Shown here: positions 56,347 to 64,000 of the stretch, piece by piece
Position numbering within the stretch: the stretch's first letter is position 1
Layout: each line of letters starts with the position of its first letter
The notes under the pieces: model-generated
Database searches by the model: none
What the model saw: the letters and a program-made list of their open reading frames with translations, nothing else
What the model was told of the DNA's origin: nothing
From: Rhodoluna sp.
Lineage (GTDB): Bacteria > Actinomycetota > Actinomycetes > Actinomycetales > Microbacteriaceae
DNA: 64,000 nt
Direction: 5' to 3' (one strand)
NCBI GenBank assembly: GCA_044239955.1
Contig: JBIIAL010000002.1
Program-made: the position numbers and the translations under genes

Positions 56347-56580
56347 ATGCCTAGACCAACCCCAATCCGCAGACCGCTAAGTCTTCCTCACCCTAAGAGG
56401 CTGGCTGAAGATCACCCCGCGCGCGAAGAGATGCTGCGTCGTCACGAATTGGCAATGGCTTTAGATCAACCGGGCTATAAAGACCCAGTAACAGGCAATT
56501 TTGTGTTTACCGCTAAAGAACTTTCCAACTTTGAGCGCTGCTGCGCTATGGAGTGTAGGCACTGCCCCTTTATGCGCTAG
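56347..56580 (+). CDS. Small Cys-rich protein, DUF5522-like
   Basis: 77 aa. 'PGYKDPVTGNFVFTA' and a C-terminal 'CCAMECRHCPF'. Starts 5 nt after the kinase stop. Family call is from memory. Confidence 0.5.
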   Translation: MPRPTPIRRPLSLPHPKRLAEDHPAREEMLRRHELAMALDQPGYKDPVTGNFVFTAKELSNFERCCAMECRHCPFMR

Positions 56581-57550
56581 CTGAAATAACTACTGCAAGT
56601 TCAGCCTTGGTTGGAGGCTCTGCCCCAACTCTTTCGCAGGTGATGCTCGCGGCAATGGCTGCGACCCTAGTGATTTCAGCTAGCTGCTCATTGGTTACCG
56701 AAGCTAGCTTTTGACCCGGAGCTTCACCTAATGCATCCAGGGCAAGAAGGCCCGTGAGCATGTGTGCGCAGAAGGTATCTCCCGAGCCCACGGTGTCTTG
56801 AACTTGAACCGCACGAGAAGGAACATCGATACGGATATTGTTTTTGCGATAGATACTTACCCCATCTGGCCCACGGGTTACAAACACAATTTGATCGCTG
56901 TTTTGAATCCAATTCGAGACAATTTCGTCGACACTAGATCCGCTCTCCAGGCCGTAGAGCCAGTTAATGTCATCGTCGGAGGCCTTAATAATATGCGAAA
57001 TTGAGTTGATGCGTTCAACTCTTTCGCGCTCAACGCTTGCCTCAAATCCAAGTGCTGGGCGAACGTTGATATCGTGTGAAAGAGTGAGGGAACCTTCCTT
57101 GAAAAACTCAGCCGCCCAAGCTTCAATAACTTTGTTACCTGGACCTAGCGCCATGGTTAGACAACCAAACTGCAGCGCTTTTGCTCCAATTTGAGAAAGC
57201 GTCTGTGCGGTTGGTAATTCTTCTCTGGTGAAATTCCAGTCTGCAGTTCCTTCAACATAAAAGGAATATTTGGCACCGCCGGTTGCACCAATTGATGCAA
57301 TTGCCAAAGAGGTGGCCTCGGGAGCATCAATTGCGTAGTCAAGACCTACGCCGTTTGTTTCTAGACGAGTTCTAATTTTCTGGCCAAAAGAATCTGAAGA
57401 TATTCTTGCAAGAAGTTGCTGAGGGGTTCCAGCTCTTGCTAGAGCGATGGCGACATTGGCATTTGCTCCTCCAACTACCGCCTGGTAGCTGCCAGAGTCC
57501 GCTTTGCTCTCAATTAGGTCAATAAGAGCCTCGCCAATCACCACAATCAT
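56570..57550 (-). CDS. PfkB-family carbohydrate kinase (fructokinase-like)
   Basis: 'VIGEALIDL', 'GGANANVA' and the anion-hole/catalytic 'DTVGSGDTF'. 326 aa. Confidence 0.8.
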   Translation of the reverse strand: MIVVIGEALIDLIESKADSGSYQAVVGGANANVAIALARAGTPQQLLARISSDSFGQKIRTRLETNGVGLDYAIDAPEATSLAIASIGATGGAKYSFYVEGTADWNFTREELPTAQTLSQIGAKALQFGCLTMALGPGNKVIEAWAAEFFKEGSLTLSHDINVRPALGFEASVERERVERINSISHIIKASDDDINWLYGLESGSSVDEIVSNWIQNSDQIVFVTRGPDGVSIYRKNNIRIDVPSRAVQVQDTVGSGDTFCAHMLTGLLALDALGEAPGQKLASVTNEQLAEITRVAAIAASITCERVGAEPPTKAELAVVISASA

Positions 57551-57585
57551 CCCTCAATTTTATGGGTCAGGCGTAGGCTTAAGAT

Positions 57586-58728
57586 ATGGAAATCAAATTA
57601 GCTAAACAAGCAATCATTACCCCTCTTATTGGCCTTGTAGTGGGCTGGACGTTGTTTATGTTCGCCATCTACTCAAACCTCTTTATCTTCCCGGTTTACG
57701 ACAGCGATGGAATGTATCTTGGGGAAACCCAGGTAGTCAAGATTTCCACCTATCTATACCTGGTTGGAATCGTGGTGTTTGGACTGCTCGCTCTTCGCGG
57801 TCAGCAGATGTCTCTGCACGCAAGAGAACTTAGCGGACTTGACGCACCGCTTCCTCGGGCTGCGCATAGATTCACCAACCTGACCGTCGTGATCTCCCTG
57901 GTCGGGGGCTCAATTTACGCCATTGGTAATTTCTTGAATGCTTTCACTAGCTTTGGCCAGGAAAACGTGAACCTTTTGGTTCGCCTATTTGATGTTTATG
58001 TGCCAATTGTCTTGGCAACCATTCTCGTTGTTTACATCCTGCTTCGCGCTTTTGTTTACCGAAAGCAAACCGTTAAGGAAGCCAAGAAGCAGGGTATGTC
58101 CGAATCTGAGAGAGCTCTTGGGCTTGGCTACGCCATTCCAATTTTGTTCACTGCGGTAGCAATCATATTTGGACTGGTTGTCTACGACATCACCAGAACC
58201 GATCTGCAGGTTTGGGTCTGGGTGGTTATCCAGGTAATCATCGCGCTGGGTATTTTGCTTGGAACCAGATTCTCCTCAAAGGCAAAATCAGCCAACGCTG
58301 CGCCTCCAAGAGTTAGACAGACCTTGGCAGCAGGAGCTGCGAATTTGAACTTTGTACTTTCAATTGTTTTTGGTGCAACAGTTTCAATAATGTCCTTTTC
58401 TTTTGGTGCTGGCGCAATCGAGTCTCTTCGAATTTGGCCAGAGTATATAACACCAGCTGAGGGTGAAGAGTTTGTGTTCGATCCAGGTTGGGATATAGCG
58501 CCGTTTGAGTGGACATGGTTCTTGGAATCAATGGTGCCAGCACTTGTCCTGCTTTTGATTGCAGCAGTTGGAATCTACTTGTTTATTACCGAGCGCAATC
58601 AAATGGCTCTGGTTTCTCCAACCAAGAAAACCGAAAGCAAGCCCGCTTCCAAGACAGCTGTTAGCAAGAAGGCTGCACCCAAGGCCAAGCCCACAGCCAA
58701 GGCACCAGCTCCAAGAAAGCGCAAATGA
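57586..58728 (+). CDS. Uncharacterised polytopic membrane protein with a Lys/Ala/Pro-rich C-terminal tail
   Basis: 380 aa and about 8 hydrophobic segments. The tail is 'KKTESKPASKTAVSKKAAPKAKPTAKAPAPRKRK'. I recognise no family signature. Confidence 0.5.
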   Translation: MEIKLAKQAIITPLIGLVVGWTLFMFAIYSNLFIFPVYDSDGMYLGETQVVKISTYLYLVGIVVFGLLALRGQQMSLHARELSGLDAPLPRAAHRFTNLTVVISLVGGSIYAIGNFLNAFTSFGQENVNLLVRLFDVYVPIVLATILVVYILLRAFVYRKQTVKEAKKQGMSESERALGLGYAIPILFTAVAIIFGLVVYDITRTDLQVWVWVVIQVIIALGILLGTRFSSKAKSANAAPPRVRQTLAAGAANLNFVLSIVFGATVSIMSFSFGAGAIESLRIWPEYITPAEGEEFVFDPGWDIAPFEWTWFLESMVPALVLLLIAAVGIYLFITERNQMALVSPTKKTESKPASKTAVSKKAAPKAKPTAKAPAPRKRK

Positions 58729-59369
58729 TTCTTAGAGCAAGCGCCCTTTTGTTTGATAACGATGGCGTACTTGTAGATTCTCATGCAGCAGTAAATGTTG
58801 CTTGGGGAATTTTAGCTGAGGAATTTGGTCTCCAGAATTTTTCTATTTCGAACCACTACGGAACTCGAGCTCAGGATCTGATTCTTAAGCTTGTGGGCGA
58901 AGCTAAGTTCGAGGCGGCCAACAACCGGATAAACGAGCTAGAACAAGCTACCGCCGATCAAACCCATGCACTACCTGGAGCGGTTCAGCTACTGCATTCG
59001 CTCCCAGCTGGTATCTGGACCATATGCACCTCTGCTAATTCAAACCTTGGCAGGGCCCGTATCAAGGCAGCAGGGTTACCCCTACCCGAGCAGTTTGTTA
59101 GTGGCGACGATGTTGCTCATGGCAAGCCAGCACCGGATCCATATCTACTTGGTGCCAAGAGACTTGGCTTTGACGCTGGCGAGTGCATTGTCTTTGAAGA
59201 CGCCGATGCTGGGGTTAAAGCTGCGCTGGCAGCAGGAGCTGCCTTTGTTATTGGGGTTTCAGCTCAGGCGCTAGCTACCGATGCAGACATTGTGGTTGAG
59301 GATTTGGCGGGAATCAGCTTTGATGGAAAGCAGTTAGTAATACCAGACGAAAAGATTCTAAGGAGATAG
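58725..59369 (+). CDS. HAD-IA hydrolase (beta-phosphoglucomutase/phosphatase-like)
   Basis: Motif I 'LLFDNDGVLVDS', 'CTSA' and motif IV 'FEDADAGVKAALAAGA'. The ATGA overlaps the upstream gene. Confidence 0.7.
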   Translation: MILRASALLFDNDGVLVDSHAAVNVAWGILAEEFGLQNFSISNHYGTRAQDLILKLVGEAKFEAANNRINELEQATADQTHALPGAVQLLHSLPAGIWTICTSANSNLGRARIKAAGLPLPEQFVSGDDVAHGKPAPDPYLLGAKRLGFDAGECIVFEDADAGVKAALAAGAAFVIGVSAQALATDADIVVEDLAGISFDGKQLVIPDEKILRR

Positions 59370-59371
59370 AC

Positions 59372-59623
59372 ATGGCAGAAGTAACTTTTTATGGAGCACA
59401 GTGGTGTGGCGATTGCCGCAGATCAGAGTCACTATTGAACACGCTAGGTGTTGATTTCGACAAGAAAGACGTCGAAACAAGCCCAGAATTCACCGAGGAA
59501 GCCAAGGCTATTTCTGGAAGAACTAACATCCCAGTTATCGTTTTTGCAGATGGCAAGCACCTAGTTGAGCCAACGGACGCAGAACTAAGCGCAGAACTGA
59601 AGGTTCGAGGCATTATTTCCTAG
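59372..59623 (+). CDS. Glutaredoxin/thioredoxin-fold small redox protein
   Basis: 83 aa. CxxC active site 'WCGDC' and cis-Pro region 'NIPVIVF'. Confidence 0.6.
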   Translation: MAEVTFYGAQWCGDCRRSESLLNTLGVDFDKKDVETSPEFTEEAKAISGRTNIPVIVFADGKHLVEPTDAELSAELKVRGIIS

Positions 59624-59875
59624 GATATTTTTCCTAGCTATATTGCTTCTTGCCAACTAGGCTTATCTTGTTGGGAACTTCCCAGCAGTAGTCGTTTGCA
59701 GTGCACTATGGGTGCATCAGTCTTTACCTCTTATAGCTGTCGGTCTTTAGCCGGGAATGCTTAGGGTCTAGCGCAGTTCGACTAGACCGCAAAGACACAC
59801 GCAACAACGAAATATCACATTATTTGTGCTTTTTCTTGCCTGCGCGTGCCTACAAAAGAGGAAGCAATTAAAACT

Positions 59876-62083
59876 ATGCCTAATTTCGGCAAATCAGCTC
59901 CGCGTCCAAAAACCGGAGCAGCTAAAGGCGCACCACGACGATCCGGATCCGCAGGGTTCCAAGGATCATCTGCTGCACCAAAGAAGTCACACCGCAAGGG
60001 TGCAACTGAAGCTCGCGAAATGAGCGGCCGCAAACCAGACCGCGGATCCAACTGGGAACCAAGAGCTCCAAAGACAGACTCGGCTCGTAAGCCCCGTCAC
60101 ACAGCAGAAGACCGCGCAACTCGCGCACCAAGATCTTTCGATGATCGCGCACCAAGGTCAAACGACGGAACCCAAAGACGTGAGTGGTCCGATAAGCCAC
60201 GCTTCGGCCAGGGTCAGTCCGACCGTCCAGCCAAAAAGAATTGGTCAGACAAGCCTTCTTACTCAGAAAGAAAATCTTCTCCAAGAGCCTCTGACTCGAG
60301 AGACTCTAGAGATTCAAGACCTTCCGAATCTAGAGGGTATGAAGCTAGAGGACCTCGTAAGCCTGCAGGATCATCTGATCGTAGCTTTGGTTCAAGATCA
60401 GGTTCTGGGTACCGTTCAGATTCATCTGAGCGTCCAGCTCGCAATGATCGCGGCTTCCGCTCAGATCGTCCAGCAAGGGATTTCACCAGCGATTCGTTCC
60501 GTGGCTCTTCCAGGGACTCGTCAAGAGATTCTGGAAGAACTTATGAGCCACGTTCAAACTCAAGAGAGTATGACCGCGATCGCAACCCTTACCGCGAAGA
60601 CAGAGTCTCACGAGACAAGTCTCGCGATTCAAGTTTTGTTGGCGCTCGCGATAAGAACCCAAACCGCAAAGCATTCTTTGAGGACAAGGTTCTAGAGAAG
60701 CTAGTTGTTGCTGACGCTTCAGAAATTCTCATTCAGGGAAGTTTCGAAGAGATGGGTCTGCACCCAAAGCTAGTTACAGCTCTTCGTGGCCTTGGAGCTG
60801 AAACTCCATTCCCGATTCAGCAGTCGACCATTCCTGCAGCACTTGAAGGAAGAGATGTTCTAGGCCGCGGTAAGACTGGTTCTGGAAAGACAATCGCTTT
60901 CGCAGTTCCTATTATTTCGAAACTGGTAGCAGCAGGATCTCAGCCAAGAAAGCCAAACAAGCCCCGCGCTTTGATCTTGGCTCCAACTCGTGAGCTTGCA
61001 GATCAGATCGACAGAACTGTTTCGGCTCTAGCTCGCTCGGTTGGCTTCTACACAGCTTGTGTTTACGGTGGTGTTCCACAGCGTCGTCAAGAGATTTCTC
61101 TAAGCCGCGGTGTTGACATCGTTGTTGCAACCCCAGGCCGCCTAGAGGACCTAATGGCGCAAAGGATTATTGACCTAAGCGAAGTTGAGACCATGGTCAT
61201 CGATGAAGCCGATCACATGTGTGATCTTGGCTTCATCGAAGGCGTAAAGCGAGTCCTACGTGCTACCGGTGAAAGCCAGAAGCTATTGTTCTCGGCAACA
61301 CTGGATAGGGAAGTGGATGCACTTGTTCGCGAATTCATGCCAAACCCTTACGTATACGAAGTTCCTAACGAAACTCAGGAGAACTCAACTATCGAGCACC
61401 GCGTGCTAGTTGTTGACCCAGATGACCGTAGCCAGGTACTTCTTCGCCTGGTGCAAGGAGAAGGTAAGTCACTTATCTTCACCCGTACCAAGATGACAGC
61501 AGAGCGTCTAAGCGAGTCACTTACCAATAACGGTGTTCCAGCAGCAAGGCTGCACGGAGATCTAAACCAGAACCAGAGATCTCGTAACCTCGAGAGATTC
61601 GTCAAAGGTGCCGTAAGAGTCCTTGTTGCAACCGACGTTGCAGCTAGAGGTATCCACGTTGATGATGTTGCACTGGTTATCCAGGTTGACCCACCAGAGG
61701 AATACAAGACCTATCTGCACCGATCTGGCCGTACCGGCCGTGCCGGTAAGGAAGGTGTTGTTATCACCTTGATCCCTCGTTCAAAGCGTCGCAAGGTCGA
61801 AGACCTATTGCACCGCGCAGAACGTGATGCCAAGATCACCGATGTTCGTCCAGGCTCTGAATTGCTGGAAGAACTAGCTGGTCCGATTGCACCACCTCCT
61901 GCAGCTCCAGACATTCTGGACTTCGGAGACTCTCGAGGCGGTGGTTCAAACCACCGTGGAAGAGACCGTGATCGTGATTCCAGACCAAAGAAAAAAGGCA
62001 ACTACCAGGGTTCTGGTAAAGGTCGTTGGGCCGACAAGCCATCAGGCGAGAAGCGCCCAAGGGCTAAGAAGTATTCGAACTAG
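59876..62083 (+). CDS. DEAD-box RNA helicase with a roughly 270-aa R/S/D-rich N-terminal extension and a basic C-terminal tail
   Basis: Q motif 'F...TPFPIQ', I 'GRGKTGSGKT', Ia 'APTRELA', II 'VIDEADHM', III 'SAT' and VI 'HRSGRTGRAG'. The ATG at 59876 is preceded by GAGGAAG; the ORF-track GTG is at 59846. The true N-terminus is uncertain. Confidence 0.8.
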   Translation: MPNFGKSAPRPKTGAAKGAPRRSGSAGFQGSSAAPKKSHRKGATEAREMSGRKPDRGSNWEPRAPKTDSARKPRHTAEDRATRAPRSFDDRAPRSNDGTQRREWSDKPRFGQGQSDRPAKKNWSDKPSYSERKSSPRASDSRDSRDSRPSESRGYEARGPRKPAGSSDRSFGSRSGSGYRSDSSERPARNDRGFRSDRPARDFTSDSFRGSSRDSSRDSGRTYEPRSNSREYDRDRNPYREDRVSRDKSRDSSFVGARDKNPNRKAFFEDKVLEKLVVADASEILIQGSFEEMGLHPKLVTALRGLGAETPFPIQQSTIPAALEGRDVLGRGKTGSGKTIAFAVPIISKLVAAGSQPRKPNKPRALILAPTRELADQIDRTVSALARSVGFYTACVYGGVPQRRQEISLSRGVDIVVATPGRLEDLMAQRIIDLSEVETMVIDEADHMCDLGFIEGVKRVLRATGESQKLLFSATLDREVDALVREFMPNPYVYEVPNETQENSTIEHRVLVVDPDDRSQVLLRLVQGEGKSLIFTRTKMTAERLSESLTNNGVPAARLHGDLNQNQRSRNLERFVKGAVRVLVATDVAARGIHVDDVALVIQVDPPEEYKTYLHRSGRTGRAGKEGVVITLIPRSKRRKVEDLLHRAERDAKITDVRPGSELLEELAGPIAPPPAAPDILDFGDSRGGGSNHRGRDRDRDSRPKKKGNYQGSGKGRWADKPSGEKRPRAKKYSN

Positions 62084-62126
62084 CAATAGTTCGAGGAGTA
62101 AAAGCGATCGAGACAGCGCTAAAAAA

Positions 62127-62158
62127 CCCCACCCCCTAGGGGGTGGGGTTTACTTTTT
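62127..62158 (+). terminator. Intrinsic terminator after the DEAD-box helicase gene (A-tract upstream, so possibly bidirectional)
   Basis: CCCCACCCCC-TA-GGGGGTGGGG is a perfect 10-bp GC-rich inverted repeat. It is followed by TTTACTTTTT and preceded by AAAAAA. Confidence 0.8.
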
Positions 62159-62380
62159 AGGCTTGGAAAAGGTTTTCACCTGTTTTGAGGTTAGGGCAAA
62201 AACCCGAGCTTTACAGCTAACCCCCTAAAGCTCTAGACTGAGGGAAGCCAAAGACCGTCGGTTTGAGGCAGGACAAATCCCAAGATTTCTTGGAGTTTGG
62301 CTTGTTTTGACTAAGAAACACAAAGTGTTTGCCCACGTAGGTGTAGAAGTAAAGATTCTAGAGTTTTGCTCTATTTCCTT

Positions 62381-62418
62381 ATGCTCCTCGCTTACGTGAG
62401 GAGCATTTTTTGTTTCTT
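62381..62418 (+). terminator. Terminator-like attenuator hairpin in the rplJ leader (candidate L10-leader autoregulatory element)
   Basis: ATGCTCCTC-(GCTTACGT)-GAGGAGCAT is followed by TTTTTGTTTCTT, 37 nt before the rplJ ATG and upstream of its AAGGAG RBS. Confidence 0.55.
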
Positions 62419-62454
62419 AGGGCTGCCGACAAATACAGATAATCAAGGAGTGCC

Positions 62455-62970
62455 ATGGCGAACAAGGAAGCTACCGTCGCCGAGCTAACGGAGAAATTCC
62501 AAAGCTCGAGTGCCGTATTGCTAACCGAGTACCGCGGACTCACTGTTGGAGCGATGAAGACTCTTCGCCGTTCCATTAGTGCTGACGCAACCTACGCCGT
62601 GGCAAAGAACACGCTACTCAAGATTGCAGCTAAGAACGCTGGAGTGACCGCTTTTGACGGTCAGCTAGAAGGACCTACTGCAATGGCTTTTGTTCACGGA
62701 GACCCAGTCAACGTGGCCAAGCAAATGCGCGACTTTGCCAAGGCAAATCCTCTACTGGTAGTCAAGGGCGGCATCATGGATGGCGTCACTTTGTCATCAG
62801 ACGAGGTTAAGAAGCTTGCTGATCTAGAAAGCCGTGAAGTTCTATTGGCGAAGGCCGCTGGAATGTTCAAGGCTTCAATGTTCAAGGCTGCTTACATGTT
62901 CCAAGCTCCGCTGGCTCAGGCCGTCCGCACCATCGACGCCCTGCGTGCCAAGCAAGAGACAAACGCTTAA
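62455..62970 (+). CDS. rplJ: 50S ribosomal protein L10
   Basis: 'KEATVAELTEKF', 'LTEYRGLTV' and 'LRR......Y.V.KNTL'. AAGGAG RBS. Followed by rplL. Confidence 0.9.
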   Translation: MANKEATVAELTEKFQSSSAVLLTEYRGLTVGAMKTLRRSISADATYAVAKNTLLKIAAKNAGVTAFDGQLEGPTAMAFVHGDPVNVAKQMRDFAKANPLLVVKGGIMDGVTLSSDEVKKLADLESREVLLAKAAGMFKASMFKAAYMFQAPLAQAVRTIDALRAKQETNA

Positions 62971-62994
62971 CAAAGAAAATAAGGAGAAAATCAA

Positions 62995-63381
62995 ATGGCA
63001 AAGCTGACAACCGAACAGCTAATCGATGGCTTCAAGGAGCTATCTCTAATCGAGCTTTCAGACTTCGTAAAGAAGTTTGAAGAGGTATTCGAAGTTACCG
63101 CCGCAGCTCCAGTTGCAGTTGCAGCAGCAGCTCCAGCTGGTGGCGGAGCTGGTGAAGCAGCAGAAGAGAAGGACGCGTTTGACGTAGTTCTAGACGCTGC
63201 AGGCGACCAGAAGATCCAGGTAATTAAGGAAGTACGCGCGCTTACCAACCTAGGTCTAGGTGAAGCAAAGGCTCTAGTTGATGGTGCTCCATCAACAATC
63301 CTTGAGGGTGCAAACAAGGAAACCGCCGAGAAGGCAAAGGCAGCTCTAGAAGCAGCTGGTGGAAAAGTAACCCTTAAGTAA
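62995..63381 (+). CDS. rplL: 50S ribosomal protein L7/L12
   Basis: '[27 protein letters not shown]', an Ala-rich hinge, and a C-terminal '[23 protein letters not shown]'. Confidence 0.95.
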   Translation: MAKLTTEQLIDGFKELSLIELSDFVKKFEEVFEVTAAAPVAVAAAAPAGGGAGEAAEEKDAFDVVLDAAGDQKIQVIKEVRALTNLGLGEAKALVDGAPSTILEGANKETAEKAKAALEAAGGKVTLK

Positions 63382-63401
63382 TTAGGTTCACTCAAAGAAA
63401 T

Positions 63402-63434
63402 CCCCCAGGCATTTTGCTTGGGGGTTTTTCTTTT
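63402..63434 (+). terminator. Intrinsic terminator after rplL
   Basis: CCCCCAGGC-ATTTT-GCTTGGGGG (9 bp including one G-U pair) is followed by TTTTTCTTTT. Confidence 0.8.
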
Positions 63435-63525
63435 GACGAGTCACTTCTCATTGCACGAGGTGAGACAGCTATGCTTTTCTAGGTGGGCCAAGAGCCCTAG
63501 ACCCCAAAGAATAGAAGCTTCCTAA

Positions 63526-64000
63526 GTGAGTTCAAAAACAAGTTCAGCGATTACATCCGAGATCACGAAGCGTCAAAGGGTCGTTTACATTTTTGTTCTT
63601 GGATCCTTATTCATGATCCAAACGCTAGTCACGGACATGTTCTTGCCCGCTTATCCAAAGATTGCCGCTTTTTTTGATGTACCCGATGCTTTTGTTCAGT
63701 ACTCGCTGTCTGCAGTGACCCTAGGATCGGCAATCGGTTTTTTTGTTGCGGGGCCACTTAGTGACTCTCTGGGCCGAAGACGCCCTGTGCTTTTTGGGCT
63801 AGCACTGTTTACAACAGCGTCAATCGGTTTATATCTGGCACCCGGGATTGAGGCCTTTATTGCTTTGAGGTTTTTGCAAGGTCTGGCTGGTGCCGCTATT
63901 GCCGTAGTGACCCAGGCAATCATCCGGGATTTGTTTGTGGGTAACGCCATGTTGAAAATGCTGTCTCGGGTTTGGCTTGTTTCTGGAATTGCTCCGATGG
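63526..64000 (+). CDS. MFS transporter (Bcr/CflA drug-resistance type), N-terminal part; runs off the right edge
   Basis: My own translation gives '...VYIFVLGSLFMIQTLVTDMFLPAYPKIAAFF...GPLSDSLGRRRPVL...LRFLQGLAGAA...'. It contains MFS motif A 'GPLSDSLGRRRP'. The ORF is absent from the ORF track, probably because it has no stop in the window. The GTG at 63526 follows an in-frame TAA. Confidence 0.7.
   Translation, partial: MSSKTSSAITSEITKRQRVVYIFVLGSLFMIQTLVTDMFLPAYPKIAAFFDVPDAFVQYSLSAVTLGSAIGFFVAGPLSDSLGRRRPVLFGLALFTTASIGLYLAPGIEAFIALRFLQGLAGAAIAVVTQAIIRDLFVGNAMLKMLSRVWLVSGIAPM

Noticed and set aside
60141-60695. 184-aa alternative-frame ORF, plus minus-strand ORFs at 59922-60284 and 60259-60486, in the DEAD-box N-terminal region.
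   Set aside because: These are a consequence of the repetitive AGA/GAC/TCN-rich DNA. They have no independent start context or motifs. They do lower confidence that the extension itself is translated, as noted in the finding.
63696-63950. 84-aa minus-strand ORF near the right edge.
   Set aside because: The plus strand here encodes a convincing MFS N-terminus (motif A GPLSDSLGRRRP). It is probably missing from the ORF track because it has no stop in the window.
1-64000. CRISPR arrays, cas genes, transposases, prophage modules, toxin-antitoxin pairs, reverse transcriptases and rRNA genes.
   Set aside because: Reading the intergenic regions and the ORF track showed no regularly spaced direct repeats and no ORFs with the corresponding signatures. 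The longest non-coding stretches are about 200-370 nt. They are explained by leaders, tRNAs or the riboswitch.

Overview
This 64-kb chromosomal window appears to come from a compact, moderate-GC member of the Actinomycetota. That assignment rests on gene order and protein motifs only; no searches were possible. In order, the window contains:

- **1-9.7 kb:** the hallmark actinobacterial division and Ser/Thr-signalling block: rhomboid fragment, crgA, pabA, pknB, a pknA-position kinase, pbpA, rodA, pstP, fhaB, fhaA.
- **9.8-10.8 kb:** an orphan glycosyltransferase-like gene.
- **10.8-17.6 kb:** housekeeping genes trhO, an M13 peptidase, a thioesterase and putA.
- **17.7-26.2 kb, glycan locus A:** rfbG-rfbH and divergent rfbF-GT2, an acetolactate-synthase-like ThDP enzyme, a HAD phosphatase-like gene, an HpcH-like TIM barrel and a SAM methyltransferase.
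- **26.3-29.1 kb:** small enzymes, including an orphan beta-class DNA methyltransferase and an FkbM methyltransferase.
- **29.2-31.8 kb:** a thiB-thiP importer controlled by a TPP riboswitch.
- **31.9-36.5 kb:** pheA, serS, a Cof-type HAD, and two tRNA-Ser genes bracketing an LCP ligase.
- **36.6-43.9 kb, glycan locus B:** ABC exporter, gmd, GT4, an FdtA-like cupin, a DUF2142-like membrane protein and fcl.
- **43.9-49.8 kb:** a CrtI-like oxidoreductase, then a sugar ABC importer with a compact GH32/68-clan enzyme.
- **50.3-53.8 kb:** a 1188-aa fusion of a Cas4-like nuclease, an RNase-H-like exonuclease and an Upf1/Dna2-like helicase.
- **53.9-64 kb:** a NarL-type two-component system, a fructokinase, an unknown membrane-protein operon, a DEAD-box helicase with a long R/S/D-rich extension, rplJ-rplL with a leader attenuator, and the start of an MFS transporter.

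I saw no CRISPR array, transposase, integrase, prophage or rRNA.

The most interesting candidates are:
1. CDP-3,6-dideoxyhexose genes wired to a YerE-like ThDP enzyme. This may be a branched-sugar pathway, and it lacks an E3 reductase in the window.
2. The Dna2/Nhi-like nuclease-helicase fusion.
3. The GDP-fucose locus with an FdtA-like cupin and a GT-C-like protein.
4. The FUT8/NodZ-motif gene inserted beside the division cluster.

I could not identify an unambiguous new multi-gene system. All functional calls come from motif and synteny recognition by eye and need database confirmation.
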